64,000 bases of DNA. Origin: Somniosus microcephalus. Its lineage: Eukaryota. The stretch spans positions 73,036,001 to 73,100,000 of the forward strand of contig CM126204.1 of the NCBI GenBank assembly GCA_052327205.1, in the 5' to 3' direction. The notes below the pieces were generated by a model. The model was not told where the DNA came from. It made no database searches and saw only the letters and a list, made by a program, of their open reading frames with translations. Positions 12,288 to 24,394 of this stretch are shown here, one piece after another. The first letter of the stretch is position 1, and the number at the start of each line of letters is the position of its first letter. The position numbers were made by a program, and so were the translations under genes.

Positions 12288-14803
12288 GTAAGGACAAAGA
12301 ATTAATTTATATGATATTGTACAGGAAGCCCATTAGCATATGAAGCTTCAGCACATTAATTTACAATCCAGTGAAACAATAGCATGTCTTATCTATTTCA
12401 GTGTACTCACCCTGCACACACAACCAGTTAAAGAGTTTGCAAACAGATGGGAGTGATGATAGGGCAGAGCTAATCCAGTCTCCATTTTATAAATCGCCAG
12501 AGTTTGTTTTTCATCAAGGATAGCATGGTGTACTTTGTGAAAAATGATGTACAACCATGTGGAAATATATTGAATTATCCATATTTTGTTTTCTATGCAG
12601 TTCAATTAAACAGACAGTGCTTTTCACAGTAGTGGTGTTGCAAATGTATTTTCTCTTAAATTATAATTTGGTTAGCAACAGATTCATCAGATATTTTTAA
12701 GAGATTTTGTTTTATTTTGTGGTTTCCTAAAAGTTCGAAAACCCTTTGAAATTGTAATTTTGTTTATATTTGTGTCCCATGACTGTGTTTTAAAATGAGG
12801 ATTATTAAACAATGTGGAACATTGACAGTATTAAACACATCTGTGGTATGTTTTCCCTGAGCCTCTAAGCTAACCATAGTGTTAAACTCAAAACACTAGA
12901 ATGAAGATTACAAATCCTGCATAAGCTGGATATTGTCTTTTTAAATCTTTAAGCTTTTATGATGAGACTTTGCCATCAAGAGAGTACATGTTAAATTTTA
13001 GGTGCTATTCCCCCTCCATTCTTATTTGACTGTTAAAGAAGATAGTAAAGAATAAATATGGTATAAAAAATCATCAATGTTGCATTGCAAACCTGATTGA
13101 ATAACTGGATTATTTCTTTCAAGCTGACTACATTTATTTTTATTGGTAAATAGTTCAAAATCACACACATTTGTATGGGCCCACATTAATCATTATTTTG
13201 GGCACAAGAAATGTACAATAATTTGAATGCATGGCTCTATGTGTGCCTTTTGAGCACAGTTGTGCATAGCCATGGACAAGACAGTAACTGTTTGTATTTT
13301 CCAGAATATTCTTTCTATTAAATAATAAATAATTAAGTATAGCTGAAAGCTATTCATGGAATTTCAGATGTTAATCGGACTAGGGCTCACACTTTTACAA
13401 GGGAGGGCATTGTGTGCAATATACCTTATTGATGAAACATTGCACTCACATTTACATTTCTGTAAATTACATTATATTAGGATTTTGCAATGAAGCCTTG
13501 TCTATCAGAATCCAATTTTTAATATAGATATCCAAATAAAAGAACATGTTTAGTACTTTTAATGTTACCCTGACATCACACCCATCTATTTTTTCCAGGT
13601 CCTTAAGCAGTTAGAATGATAAATCCTTACAAAGCCTTTAATTTGTACCTTATCTTAAAACTGAGTTAATTTAATCCATCTTAAAAATTCAAAAAGTCAG
13701 ATATATGTAATTTTTAAAGATGTGTACTCTATCTCAGGATCCCTGCTAGAAATATACAAGAATGTAATTTTGTGGACCCTGGGGGAAACCATACTAAGTT
13801 ATTAAAAGTGAAGTAGAGTGTATTCACCTTATACTTCACTAGAGGTGACACCATTTTAAGTTCCCCTAGATTTATATGTAGAAAAAATTCAGAATAACTG
13901 GAATCAGGAATGGAAGATTTTCTTCTAAACATATGCATGCTATAATGATATTTCCTGACAAAATATAATTATTGCAGCTATGGTACGGAGCACATCCTCT
14001 TTCTGATTTCCTGTGCCGTTGTAGTATTTAAAAAATCTGGGATCATTTCCCTATCTTTCACTAATCCAGACTAGCAATTAATTGTAATGTCTGTCTGTCA
14101 CGCCACTTGACTGAAAACCTCAACTGGTTGTAAAATACAAAGTCCAATGCAGACCTGACTATCAGAGATGTCTACAGTTATATTTAACTTGATATACTTG
14201 AGTATATGAGCCACACATACAATCCCCCCCCCCCTGTTAAAATTGCTAGGTTTTGTGTTTAAAGCTTATTTTTTAAAAGGTTAGCTTAAAAAGATATACA
14301 GTACATTTCCTTGCACCTATTTGATTTTTCTAAATTCTGAATTTATCGTAATTTCTTTATAATCCTTTCCAATCCACAATACATCTGACTATTAATAAGA
14401 TTGCATTGTTCTGTGTTATTTATTTTGGATAGTTTTACCACTTGCCGATCATTACTTGTTATCTAAGAGCTGTTGTGTTGATTTTCTGCAGTTCATTTAA
14501 TTAGCAATTAAAAAAAAAAAAAAAATTTACAAAATACATGGTCAATTTTCGACTTGTGTCAGGAAGTGCAGCATGTCTTGTACCTTCGATGTAGTCTAAG
14601 AGATTTTCTGGGTCCTGATTGATTATTTGTGCATAACAAAGCCATTCTGATGAAAATTGGGTTGTATTGATTCTAATTAAGGCAACATTAAATAAGATTT
14701 ACCAAGAGATACCGCTTGCAGCTACTCAATTCCCTGAGTGATGAGGCTGTCTGAACTGATGCAAACATTTCTTGCTTTCTCTTGCCTGGGCCTTCTATTC
14801 TAG

Positions 14804-14965
14804 TCAACAAGATTGTCTCGCACTTGCTTGTGGCTGAGCCAGAGAAGATCTACGCCATGCCTGATCCCACCGTTCCTGACAGTGACATCAAAGCCCTCAC
14901 TACACTGTGCGACCTGGCAGACCGTGAGCTGGTGGTCATCATTGGATGGGCAAAGCATATTCCAG
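14804..14965 (+). CDS. ESRRG: ESRRG coding exon (162 bp): LBD helices 1-3, (F)[53 protein letters not shown](G)
   Basis: ttctAG acceptor ends at 14803 and the GTACAA donor starts at 14966. It joins the previous exon in frame (T|TC = Phe). Confidence 0.97.
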
Positions 14966-17900
14966 GTACAAAAAGAAAACCCCCAAAAACACGTTGTTAA
15001 ATGTGTCACTAAGATGAAAAAAATTGCCCTTCAAGTGTTTGGTGCTGAACTTTCATTAGTTGAGATACTACAAAAAATGACACTGTTAGCAGCTTTGTTT
15101 ATCTATTGAAAACCCATCAGCTTTCACTGAGTTATCACATTACCCAACTAACTGAGCAGGACTAATTAACTGTGCGTGTGATTTTATCAAGATTTATTTT
15201 GGTGATGTTCATTTGTGGGATACATTTGGTAGCTCATCACCATCCACTGTTAGTTCTGTTTGAGTTGGGGAAAACTGCATTTATTGTTGGTGGGAATGGG
15301 AACTCACAGGGAAGGTGAGTTCAGTGCCATTACCCACACAAATTTACCACTTCATGATCACTACCATCTCATTCATTGATGTGTGTTAAGTGAAACACAT
15401 TGCATTTGGTTTCACCCAACCTTCAATAGTTAAGCTCCCTGGCTTTGAAACATTTGTGCATTTAAGTTCACAGCAGTAAAAGCCTACCTTTTACTTTCTG
15501 AAACTAGATGGGGACAGTAGGAGATTTAAATTTCACTGAGTTATACTGGACACCATTGTTATTTGTAATGAAGCAAGACCCGCATTTTCATTAACCCTTT
15601 GCAGATCTGCAACAATATTTCTGCATCACAACAATTCTGGTTGGTTTATCCATTTATCATGTTTTGTGACTTGTGAATGTCATGAACCTCCATAAATTTC
15701 GATCAAAAATCTTCTAATGCAATCCCATTGCAGCAAAAACATTTCTAATGTGCAACCTCTGTAATTTCTAAAAAAAAAATGTTGCCATATAATATTAACA
15801 CAAAAAAACTCCAATAATTCACAAAAAAAATCTCAAGTTTCCCCATAACTCTCCTCATCTCACCTTCTTCAATTCTGGTCCTAGAGACCTTTGTACGAAA
15901 AAGTTACAGTTGGTAGAGGTCGCTGAAGTGACACAAAAAACGCCGAAGGACTGAGTTACTGAGATGAGCACAAAGAAAGATCAAGGGAGAGAAAATAGAG
16001 AGAAAAAAGAACAGAGTAAGTGGGGGTTGGGGAGAACAATCATCATGTGGCCATGCACACTGGACATCTCTATGATGGACACATGAGCCACAACAGCAAT
16101 AAAGCCTCCCTGTCCCAAAAAGTAAGCCATCCAGAATGCACAAAACTCTGCAAAACTAGCACCAATAGAACTAGTCCAACCTCAGCCTTCCAGGCCCAAA
16201 CCCTTTCCATAAGTGCTCTGAGGCCCCTTGCTTGATCCAAATGATAAGCAAAACCCTTGAGATGCAATTGCAAGACATCAATGAGAAAGAAAGCGGCAAC
16301 ATCAGATCAGTACACATAACATATGCGAAACACTATGCTCTACCTCATAAATTACTTATCAGCAATGCCACGGGTGATCTATTCATATTATCTAAAGAAT
16401 ACTGTGGATTGAGAAAAGGTTCCAGGGTGTCCATGTTTCTTTATTTTTATTTTGTAGTATTCAGGTTTAGAACATTCTGAAAACTAACATGTACAACTGG
16501 CTGTTTATTGTCTCATGCAATTTGGACAATTGGAAGTTACTGGCTAGATAAACATCTTACTTAGATCATATTTCTTGTCCTATTTTGTTTTAAATATAAC
16601 ATAAGTTATATACTGAAACTTGTCTCCTGATTAGAATCTTGCTACATGAAGTAGGTTTGGATAGGCTAATAATAGTTTATTACTTAAGTTACTTTCTATT
16701 AAAATTTAGTGTCTCAGTTTCTTAGTGCAGAAGTGTTTAAGCTTTTTGTCTTTGTGGGAACTCAGATGCATACAATGGAGCTTTGGAAAGCTACCAATAA
16801 AGTTTAAATCAATATTTCTATTAACTTCCACATCTCATCTTCCTGGTACTAAAAGATCTTTGTATTCTGATTTAGGATTTATCCACCAATAAAGCATCAT
16901 CACTAAACATGGCCCTTTTCCAGCCTCCATGTAAAATGTAGCCAGGTTATATTTTATTTTTATTACAGTTGAATATTTAAGTTACACTCCGCCTTCGTAC
17001 CTTAAAGGAGTAAGTTATTTGAGAAAGTACTTTTAATGCAAAGTACTCCAATTGTCAAGTGAAGTGAGTATCCTTACCATGTATCCCTACCATAGTCAAA
17101 CAAAGGAAAGATGATACCATTTGATAAAAGGTTTGATCCCTGGATTGGTTCTCGAGGATATGATTCTCTAGAACCAAGCAAACCATCTATAATTCTACAG
17201 TAATTGACAATTTGTACTTGATGACACAGAGCAACGTGATTTAGCTAGCTTAGAACACTCTTATGATGTGATGGCAGGGCACAAAAGCCAAAACACATTA
17301 AAAAGGTTATTTAAAGGAACAAAGCCTTTACTTGAAGTTATCTGATGATCCTGTAGTGGAATGTAGTGATGCCACATTTGATCTAATCTTGGTTTTTGAT
17401 TGGTTCATTACTATTTGTCATCTTTGGCCAATGAATACTAAGGTCTCTAGCAGGTAAGGCATTATCTAAACATAATATAGTAGTTGTGCCTTGCATTTTC
17501 TGTAATGATCAGTGGAAACATTGGCCTGATGCCATCCTGACCTTTAAGTGCCAACCATCAAAAAAATAAGCATTATGTCAGACTTTCCAGCACTGTCTGC
17601 AACAGAACTCTCTATTCATTGGCATAGCTAAAAAAAATGGCATTTTGGTGAACCAGTTTGTAGTCAGGCTGCTTGTTTTTGTACTGTTATGGTCTTTTCG
17701 GGTTCATATTGTGGCAATGTAATGGAGCAGTGAATTGGGAATTTGATCCTGAATTAACTGTTGCTATGCCTTGCCTTGGAAGTGCTTGACTGAAAACTCT
17801 TCCGCTTTCTGGTAATGTTAGCTTTCACCTTGGTGAACATAATTTTTACCCTAAAACTAAATTAAGTTAGAAATCTGACCTGAGGTTCGTAACAGCCAAT

Positions 17901-19151
17901 CTCTATTGTCTTTTTAAAGTGGGGGTTGGGACAAAATTTAAACGCCGCAATTTAGGATTTTTCTAGATGGCAGGTGCCTTTTTTCTCATGCTGGGTAAAT
18001 ATAAGAACAAAAGGCACAGTTGAAGATTCAGCTGAAAAAAAGAGTTTAATTTCTGAATGTGCCCAAGTCAAGAGACAAACGTGTGAACCACATAGCCTCT
18101 GATGAAATATTATTTAACAGTGATCGTGAATTAAGAAATTGGGTTATGATAAAATCAGCTCTTCTGATGTGAAGAAAGAGCACTAAAGAAATTGCTTTGA
18201 TTAATTTTGTATCACAAAGCGCTTAACTCAGCTGTGTCCACAACAGAGGCAAATATTTAAAGAAAAAATAAAATGACTTTATCAGTAAATAGAATTAGGC
18301 TACCCACGCTAATAAAGCAGCTGAACAGAAAGCGGGCGTTATGAAATTTGAACAGTCCTTATCTGACACAGAGCACAATGAAATTAGACAGCACTTGACT
18401 TTAGTCATTTCAAGTTAGAGTGGAATGAGTGGGTACAAGAGACGGAGGCTGTGCCCTAATAGCCCTTTACTATGACAGGGCCCCCACCATTAGCATCCTT
18501 TTATATTCTCTGAAATTGCTCATGCTTCCTATTCTGGCTCCTATCTGCCTGCCTTCTTTTTTTCTCTCTTTCAATTTTGTACGTGCTTGGATAAGCGCAT
18601 GCTAACACAATATGATTGAGCTGTAAAATGGAATCCTGTTGGCTTTAATCTCTTTTATGTAGATACTGTGGTAGTTCCACACTCTGCTTCATCCAGTCTA
18701 TTGTAAGATGCACAGAATGGACCAGAGAGTAATGTAGGCTGAATCAAATATTGAAGCTAGGTTTCACACATATGATAAAAAGATTATCAATGCAGCAGCC
18801 AGACTTATTGTTATACTTTTTGTTGGATTAGAATATTCGCATGTTACCACATTAACAAAATGCTGGAGGTGCTTACTCAGGCATTGCTACGACAGTACTC
18901 CACACTTCATTCCCATGTTAAAAGAACCAGTATCTCTCTTTGCCCTGTGTAAGCTGCATTCATCTACTGTGACACACTAAAACTGCCTGACATCTTCTTA
19001 CAGATATTCTCTACACCTTTAGTACTTGAAACTTTCCTGTTCTCAGAGTTCTACTCTCCAAAGTCTTTAATATCTTAAATATTTCACAGAAGTATTCCAT
19101 TCAAATCATTGTATTCACAACTACTTAAGGGAAGAAATAAAAACAATACCT

Positions 19152-19788
19152 TGGGAGTGAAAGTCAACATCATTGCACCCATTTTTGGGAGGTTAAATCA
19201 ACGTTGGGGGCTGGCTTTCAGGTTGTGATCTCCCGCACCCGATCTCCCCCAGCAATCTCTGCCAAATTGGAAGCTGGTGACTTCTAGGCGTGCAGGGCGC
19301 CCACCTGTAACAGGCATGAGGCAGCTTACATATGCAAATCCGGGTCCTCGCACACTGGTCCTCTAGGCACCTGATCAAAATTGGGCACAAAATGGGCAAA
19401 GCTTGGGGTGCACATGCTCCACCCAGTTTTATTGGGTCTTCCTTGTCTAACTAGCGGTCCTTAACTGGACCACTGGAGGCCGCTCAACAAAGGTAAGAAA
19501 ACTTTTTAATAGTTCCATTTCTGTGGAGCCAAGAGGAGCAGGAGTGCTCCCCCTGGCTTTATAAAATTACTGCAGGCCATTTCGTGTCGGAGCCAGCCAA
19601 AATTGGTCAGGCCCTGACCAGCGTGCTGCATTGGGTTGCCTGATCGATGTCCCCAGCTTGCTAGTTTAATGAAAATGAGGTCCGAGGTCTAATTCCGATT
19701 GAGCATCAGGCCGACTTTTTCGGGCATGCATTCAGATCGTGCTGCCCATTTCGCACAGGATGCCCACCAGAGATGAATTTCTGCCCCC
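19152..19788. mobile_element. Degenerate Harbinger-like non-autonomous element
   Basis: GC-rich island whose right end GAATTTCTGCCCC resembles the TIR type above. Confidence 0.45.
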
Positions 19789-19789
19789 T

Positions 19790-19975
19790 TGCAGGATGCC
19801 TTAAGTACTTCATGGCTAATGAATTACACTTGAAGTTTAGTCACCATTGTTATGCAGGCAAATGCATTAAGTTGTACTTCCTACAAACAGCAAATGAGAT
19901 GAATGACCTGTTAATCTGCTTTCTTTTTGATTGGGGGCGGAATATTGGTCAGGACGTAAGAAGGAGAGTTTCCCC
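19790..19975 (-). mobile_element. Degenerate Deu-domain SINE fragment
   Basis: Similar to 28850-29040 (ACAAACAGCAAATGAGAT...AATATTGGTCAGGAC). Confidence 0.55.
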
Positions 19976-20286
19976 CCTTGGTAGCCTCTTTAAAAAAAAA
20001 ATCATTTATCAAGAATTATGATAAACTTATAAACATCCTATATTATGCGTGTCTTTTGTCTCTGTTTAATTTTTTTTTTTAAGTGTGACTTAAGTATGAT
20101 ATCAGCAGAAGAACTGGTTTTGAGACATTATTGAGCCCGACCACATGAAGCAGTTCATTTATCATCAGTGCACAAAGTAGTTTATCCAGGGTGCTTCAGT
20201 AATCATATAATTTTAATTTGGTTCATTTGTAATGCCAAGCGCAATTATTCTTCCCAGCCAGTTTCCCCCAATGATAACCACACTCA

Positions 20287-21687
20287 GGCCTAGAAATTCG
20301 GTATAGCCCCGTTTGGGGCGTTAGATCTGGCGAAGCGCTAAGAGTACCGCCAGCTGCGGCTTAGCGCCACCTGGCGCGATATTGGGTCATTGCGCCCCTG
20401 ATGGTGTTTGCGGCGGTAAATCAGGCGCTGCACGCGACTCTTAAGGCGCTAACGCGGAGGCGCTACCCAATATCGCTGCGGCGGGGCGCAGCGCAGGTGC
20501 TTTCAATAATCACTTTCCCTGAGACACACTGGCGCCGGCCAGCTCTTAAAGGGGCAGGTCAATTGGCATCACCAGACACACACACTGCCTTGTAGGCCTT
20601 CAAAGCGGTGGGAGCCTACCTGTGGCGCACCAGCCTAGCAAGAAATGGAAAGGGTGAGGCAGAGGGTGGAACTCCTCACTGATGGGGCATTGGATGCTTT
20701 GGTTGGCGCAGTGGAATCAAGGCCAAGGAAGATGGTCGGAATGTGATTTATGTTTTGGACAGTCTCCCGGGCATGAGAGGCAGTTATGTGCCAATGTATT
20801 AGTTTTGCTTTCTGTTGCCATAGCTTTCTCATGTTTGAAGGAACCACATTTTGTGTAATGAAACACTTTCTTCATTTACAATGGCCATGCCTGCTATTTA
20901 CATGCATCTTGCCCTTCACAGGCTTGGGGGTATCAGACCGGCTGCAGATCTGGCTGAAGCAGCTGGTACAGCTCAGTCACCACCTCCTTTCTAAATCGCA
21001 GCCTTCTGACACACTGTTCCTCTGGCATGTTCATGTAGGAAAACTGCTGTCGGAAAACACTGCCAGCGTAAGGTCTGCTGTGGCGACGTCTGTTGGCCCT
21101 CCTCCGTCTGGCCATGCCCGCCCCCCCTCTCCCAGCATCTCAGTGCCCTTTCCAGATGATTCAGCAGCAGGACGTTCCCCTCCAATGCAGGCCCCATAAT
21201 AAGTGCCCACAGGAAGGTTCCCCGTTGTCAAGGCTCACCAACAGCAAGGCGATGGTCAGAAGGCTGCTGTTCCTCTGCCAGCGTGGGCCCAGTGGTCAAA
21301 TGGCTCTGTGTGCAGGTCAGCAACTCTTTGTAGCTCTCGAGGAAGTTGTGCACCAGAAATGTGTGCCGTTTTTAAACCACACCAGTCCCCTTTAGATAAC
21401 GCTCCTCCAGCCCGAAAGCGACTTGGTAAGGCCCAGGAAAACTGTCACTAATAGCGCCAGGCGCTACGGAGGGGGGCGCCACTGAATTTCCCGTCTGGGG
21501 CGCCGAAAAGGCGTTGCACACTCAGATGACATAATAATTAGCCTGCGCCCATGAGCGGGTGCTAAGCGCATACTCAATATGGGGCGAGGCGCTAAACGCC
21601 TTGCGCCCCACCGGAACTTGGCTATCGCCCCAGTTATTGCCCTCTTTAGGCGCTAATCCCTGGCGCAACCAACCGAATTTCTAGGCC
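20287..21687. mobile_element. Internally deleted PIF/Harbinger transposon (family B, 1401 bp)
   Basis: Perfect 16-bp TIR GGCCTAGAAATTCGGT (20287-20302 and 21672-21687) with a TCA TSD. A Myb/SANT N-terminal remnant lies on + from 20645 (MERVRQR...TDGALDALVGAVESR). A transposase N-terminal remnant lies on - at 21115-20933 (RPY...VFRQQFSYMNMPEEQCVRRLRFRKEVVTEL). Confidence 0.92.
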
Positions 21688-22635
21688 TCAATGTTTAAAC
21701 AAGCCTTTTCAATAACAACAAATGCAAAAGGATATTATCAGGTAATTCTTCAAGTGACTGAGTTGTCTGTTGTGAGAAGGTGATATTTTGCATGCTGTTG
21801 TTAGTGGCTTCTCGGTCACAGACTGATAGCAATAACAGAATGTAAATAAAGAAGTGATGCATCATAAGAGGTAAAGTTAATAATTTAAATACAAACCATT
21901 TGTGTACAAACCTTCCCCATGTAACTTTGTTACTTTCAAACACATCAAGGTTCATTACTTTCCTTTCCTTCCTCTTGCTCTTCCCATATCAAGTCTCCAT
22001 GCTTGGTCACAGCCTCTATCAATGTTGGTCTGTGCTCAACCAATAGGAGTTGAATGAGACTGACCGGGGTTGATTTGACCTCCAATTTACCCTCCTCCTC
22101 AGCAGGAAAATGTTCCACTTCCATAGCTTGATTGATATTGGGGAAATTCTGTTACAAAGTTTTTTGGGCTATATCACTCCATTACACAGCCTATTTGGAA
22201 TACCATTGCACTGAGAAGCTGAGCCTATAAACCCTCAGAAAACATACTTATTCTTATTGTTATACTGTATCCAGCATTGGAACTGATGGCATTTGGAATG
22301 AGTCTTAATGGATTATTGACTTAAGTTGCATTAATCCCTCTGAAGGCTAATTTCACTATAAAACACGTTCATTTTTAGAAACTGTAAAACAGAATTTTTC
22401 ACCTATTTTATTAAAATTCCTGACAGTTAATATTAACTAGGATGGGTGTAAATGCTGTCTGTACTGACCAATAAAAGCACAGCGTACATTCACTTACATA
22501 AATTGGATTTTTAACTGTGTAGACTGGAGACTGATACTCTAGTTACATTACACCAAACCCTGTAGATTTGCACCTTTAATAGCTGTTTGGGTACATAGCT
22601 ATGGCTTCTGTCTGTTCATACCACTATTCAGCAGG

Positions 22636-24394
22636 GAAGGCAGAGTTTATAATGGGGAACAAAGAAATGGCAGACCAATTAAATACATACTTTGGTTCTG
22701 TCTTCACAAAGGAGGACACAAATAACCTCCCAGAGATGCCTGGGAACATAGGGTCTGATGAAAGGGAGGAACTGAAAGAAATCAGTATTTGTAGGGAAAT
22801 TGACGGGATTGAAGGCCGATAAATCCCCAGGGCCTGATAATCTACATCCTAGGGCACTTAAGGAAGTGGCCCTAGAAATAGTAGATGCATTGCAGGTCAT
22901 CATCCAACATTCGATAGACTCTGGAACAGTACCCATAGATTGGAGGGTAGCTAATGTTACCCCACTATTCAAAAAAGGTGGTAAAGAGAAAACGGGGAAT
23001 TACAGACCGGTAAGCCTGACATCGGTAGTGGGGAAAATGCTAGAGTCCATTATAAAAGATGTAATAGCAGAGCACTTGGAAAACAGTGACAGGATCGGAC
23101 AAAGTCAACATGGATTTACAAAAGGTATATCGTGCTTGACTAATCGACTGGAATTTTTTGAGGTTGTAACTGGTAAAATAGATAAGGAAGAACCAATGGA
23201 TGTGGTGTATTTGGACTTTCAAAAGGCTTTCGATAAGGTCCCGCATAAGAGATTAGCGTGTAAAGTTAAGGCACATGGGATTGGGGGCAAGGTATTGACT
23301 TGGATAGAGAACTGGTTGGCAGACAGAAAGCAAAGAGTTGGAATAAACGGGTCTTTTTCCAAGTGGCAGGCAGTGACTAGTGGGGTACCGCAGGGATCAG
23401 TCCTTGGACTCTAGCTATTCACAATATATATTAATGATCTAGACGAGGGAACTAGATGTAATATCTCCAAGTTTGCAGACGACACAAAGCTGGGTGGGCG
23501 TGTGTGCTGTGAGGAGGATGCCGAGAAACTCCAGTATGATTTGGATAGGTTGGGTTATTGGGCAGAAGCATGGCAGATGCAATATAACGTGGATAAATGC
23601 GAGGTTATCCACTTTGGTGTCAAAACAGGAAGGCAGATTATTATCTGAATGGCAATAGATTGGGAGAAGGGGAAGTGCAACGAGACCTGGGTGTCCTTGT
23701 GCACCAGTCGCTGAAGGTAAGCATGCAGGTGCAGCAGGCGGTTAAGAAGGCAAATGGTATGTTGGCCTTCGTAGCGAGAGGGTTTGAGTACAGGAACAAG
23801 GATGTCTTGCTGCAGTTGTACAGGGCCTTGGTGAGACCACATGAGTATTGTGTGCAGTTTTGGTCACCTTATCTGAGGAAGGATGTTCTTGCCATGGAGG
23901 GAGTGCAGCGAAGATTCATCAGGCTGATACCTCGGATGGCAGGAATGACGTATGAGGAGAGATTGGGTCGATTGGGCTTATACTCGCTGGAGTTTAGAAG
24001 AATGAGAGGGGATCTCATTGAAACTTATAAAATTCTAACAGGACTAGACAGACTAGATGCAGGAAGGATCTTCCCGATGGCCGGGGAGTCCAGAACCAGG
24101 GCTCACAGCCTAAGGATAAGGGGTAAGCCATTTAGGACAGAGATGAAGAGGAATTTCTTCACCCAGAGAGTGGTGAACCTGTGGAATTCTCTACCACAGA
24201 AGGCAGTAGAGGCCAATTCATTAAATATATTCAAGCAGGAGTTGGATATATTTCTTAAGGCTAAAGGGATCAAGGGATATGGAGAGAAGGCCGGAACGGG
24301 GTACTGAATTTGGATGATCAGCCATGATCTCATTGAATGGCGGAGCAGGATCGAGGGGCTGAATGGCCTACTCCTGCTCCTATCTTCTATGTTT
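22636..24394 (+). mobile_element. 5'-truncated CR1-clade LINE with RT domain, frameshifted and with stops
   Basis: Motifs KSPGPD, NYRPVSLTS, YLDFQKAFDKVPH, SGVPQGSVLG and FADD, then a tail TCTTCTATGTTTC. Possible TSD TTCA(G)CAGG. Confidence 0.95.

Noticed and set aside
15900-16400. Cluster of short overlapping ORFs or a possible old retroelement remnant
   Set aside because: No recognisable motifs, termini or second copy, so no call can be supported.
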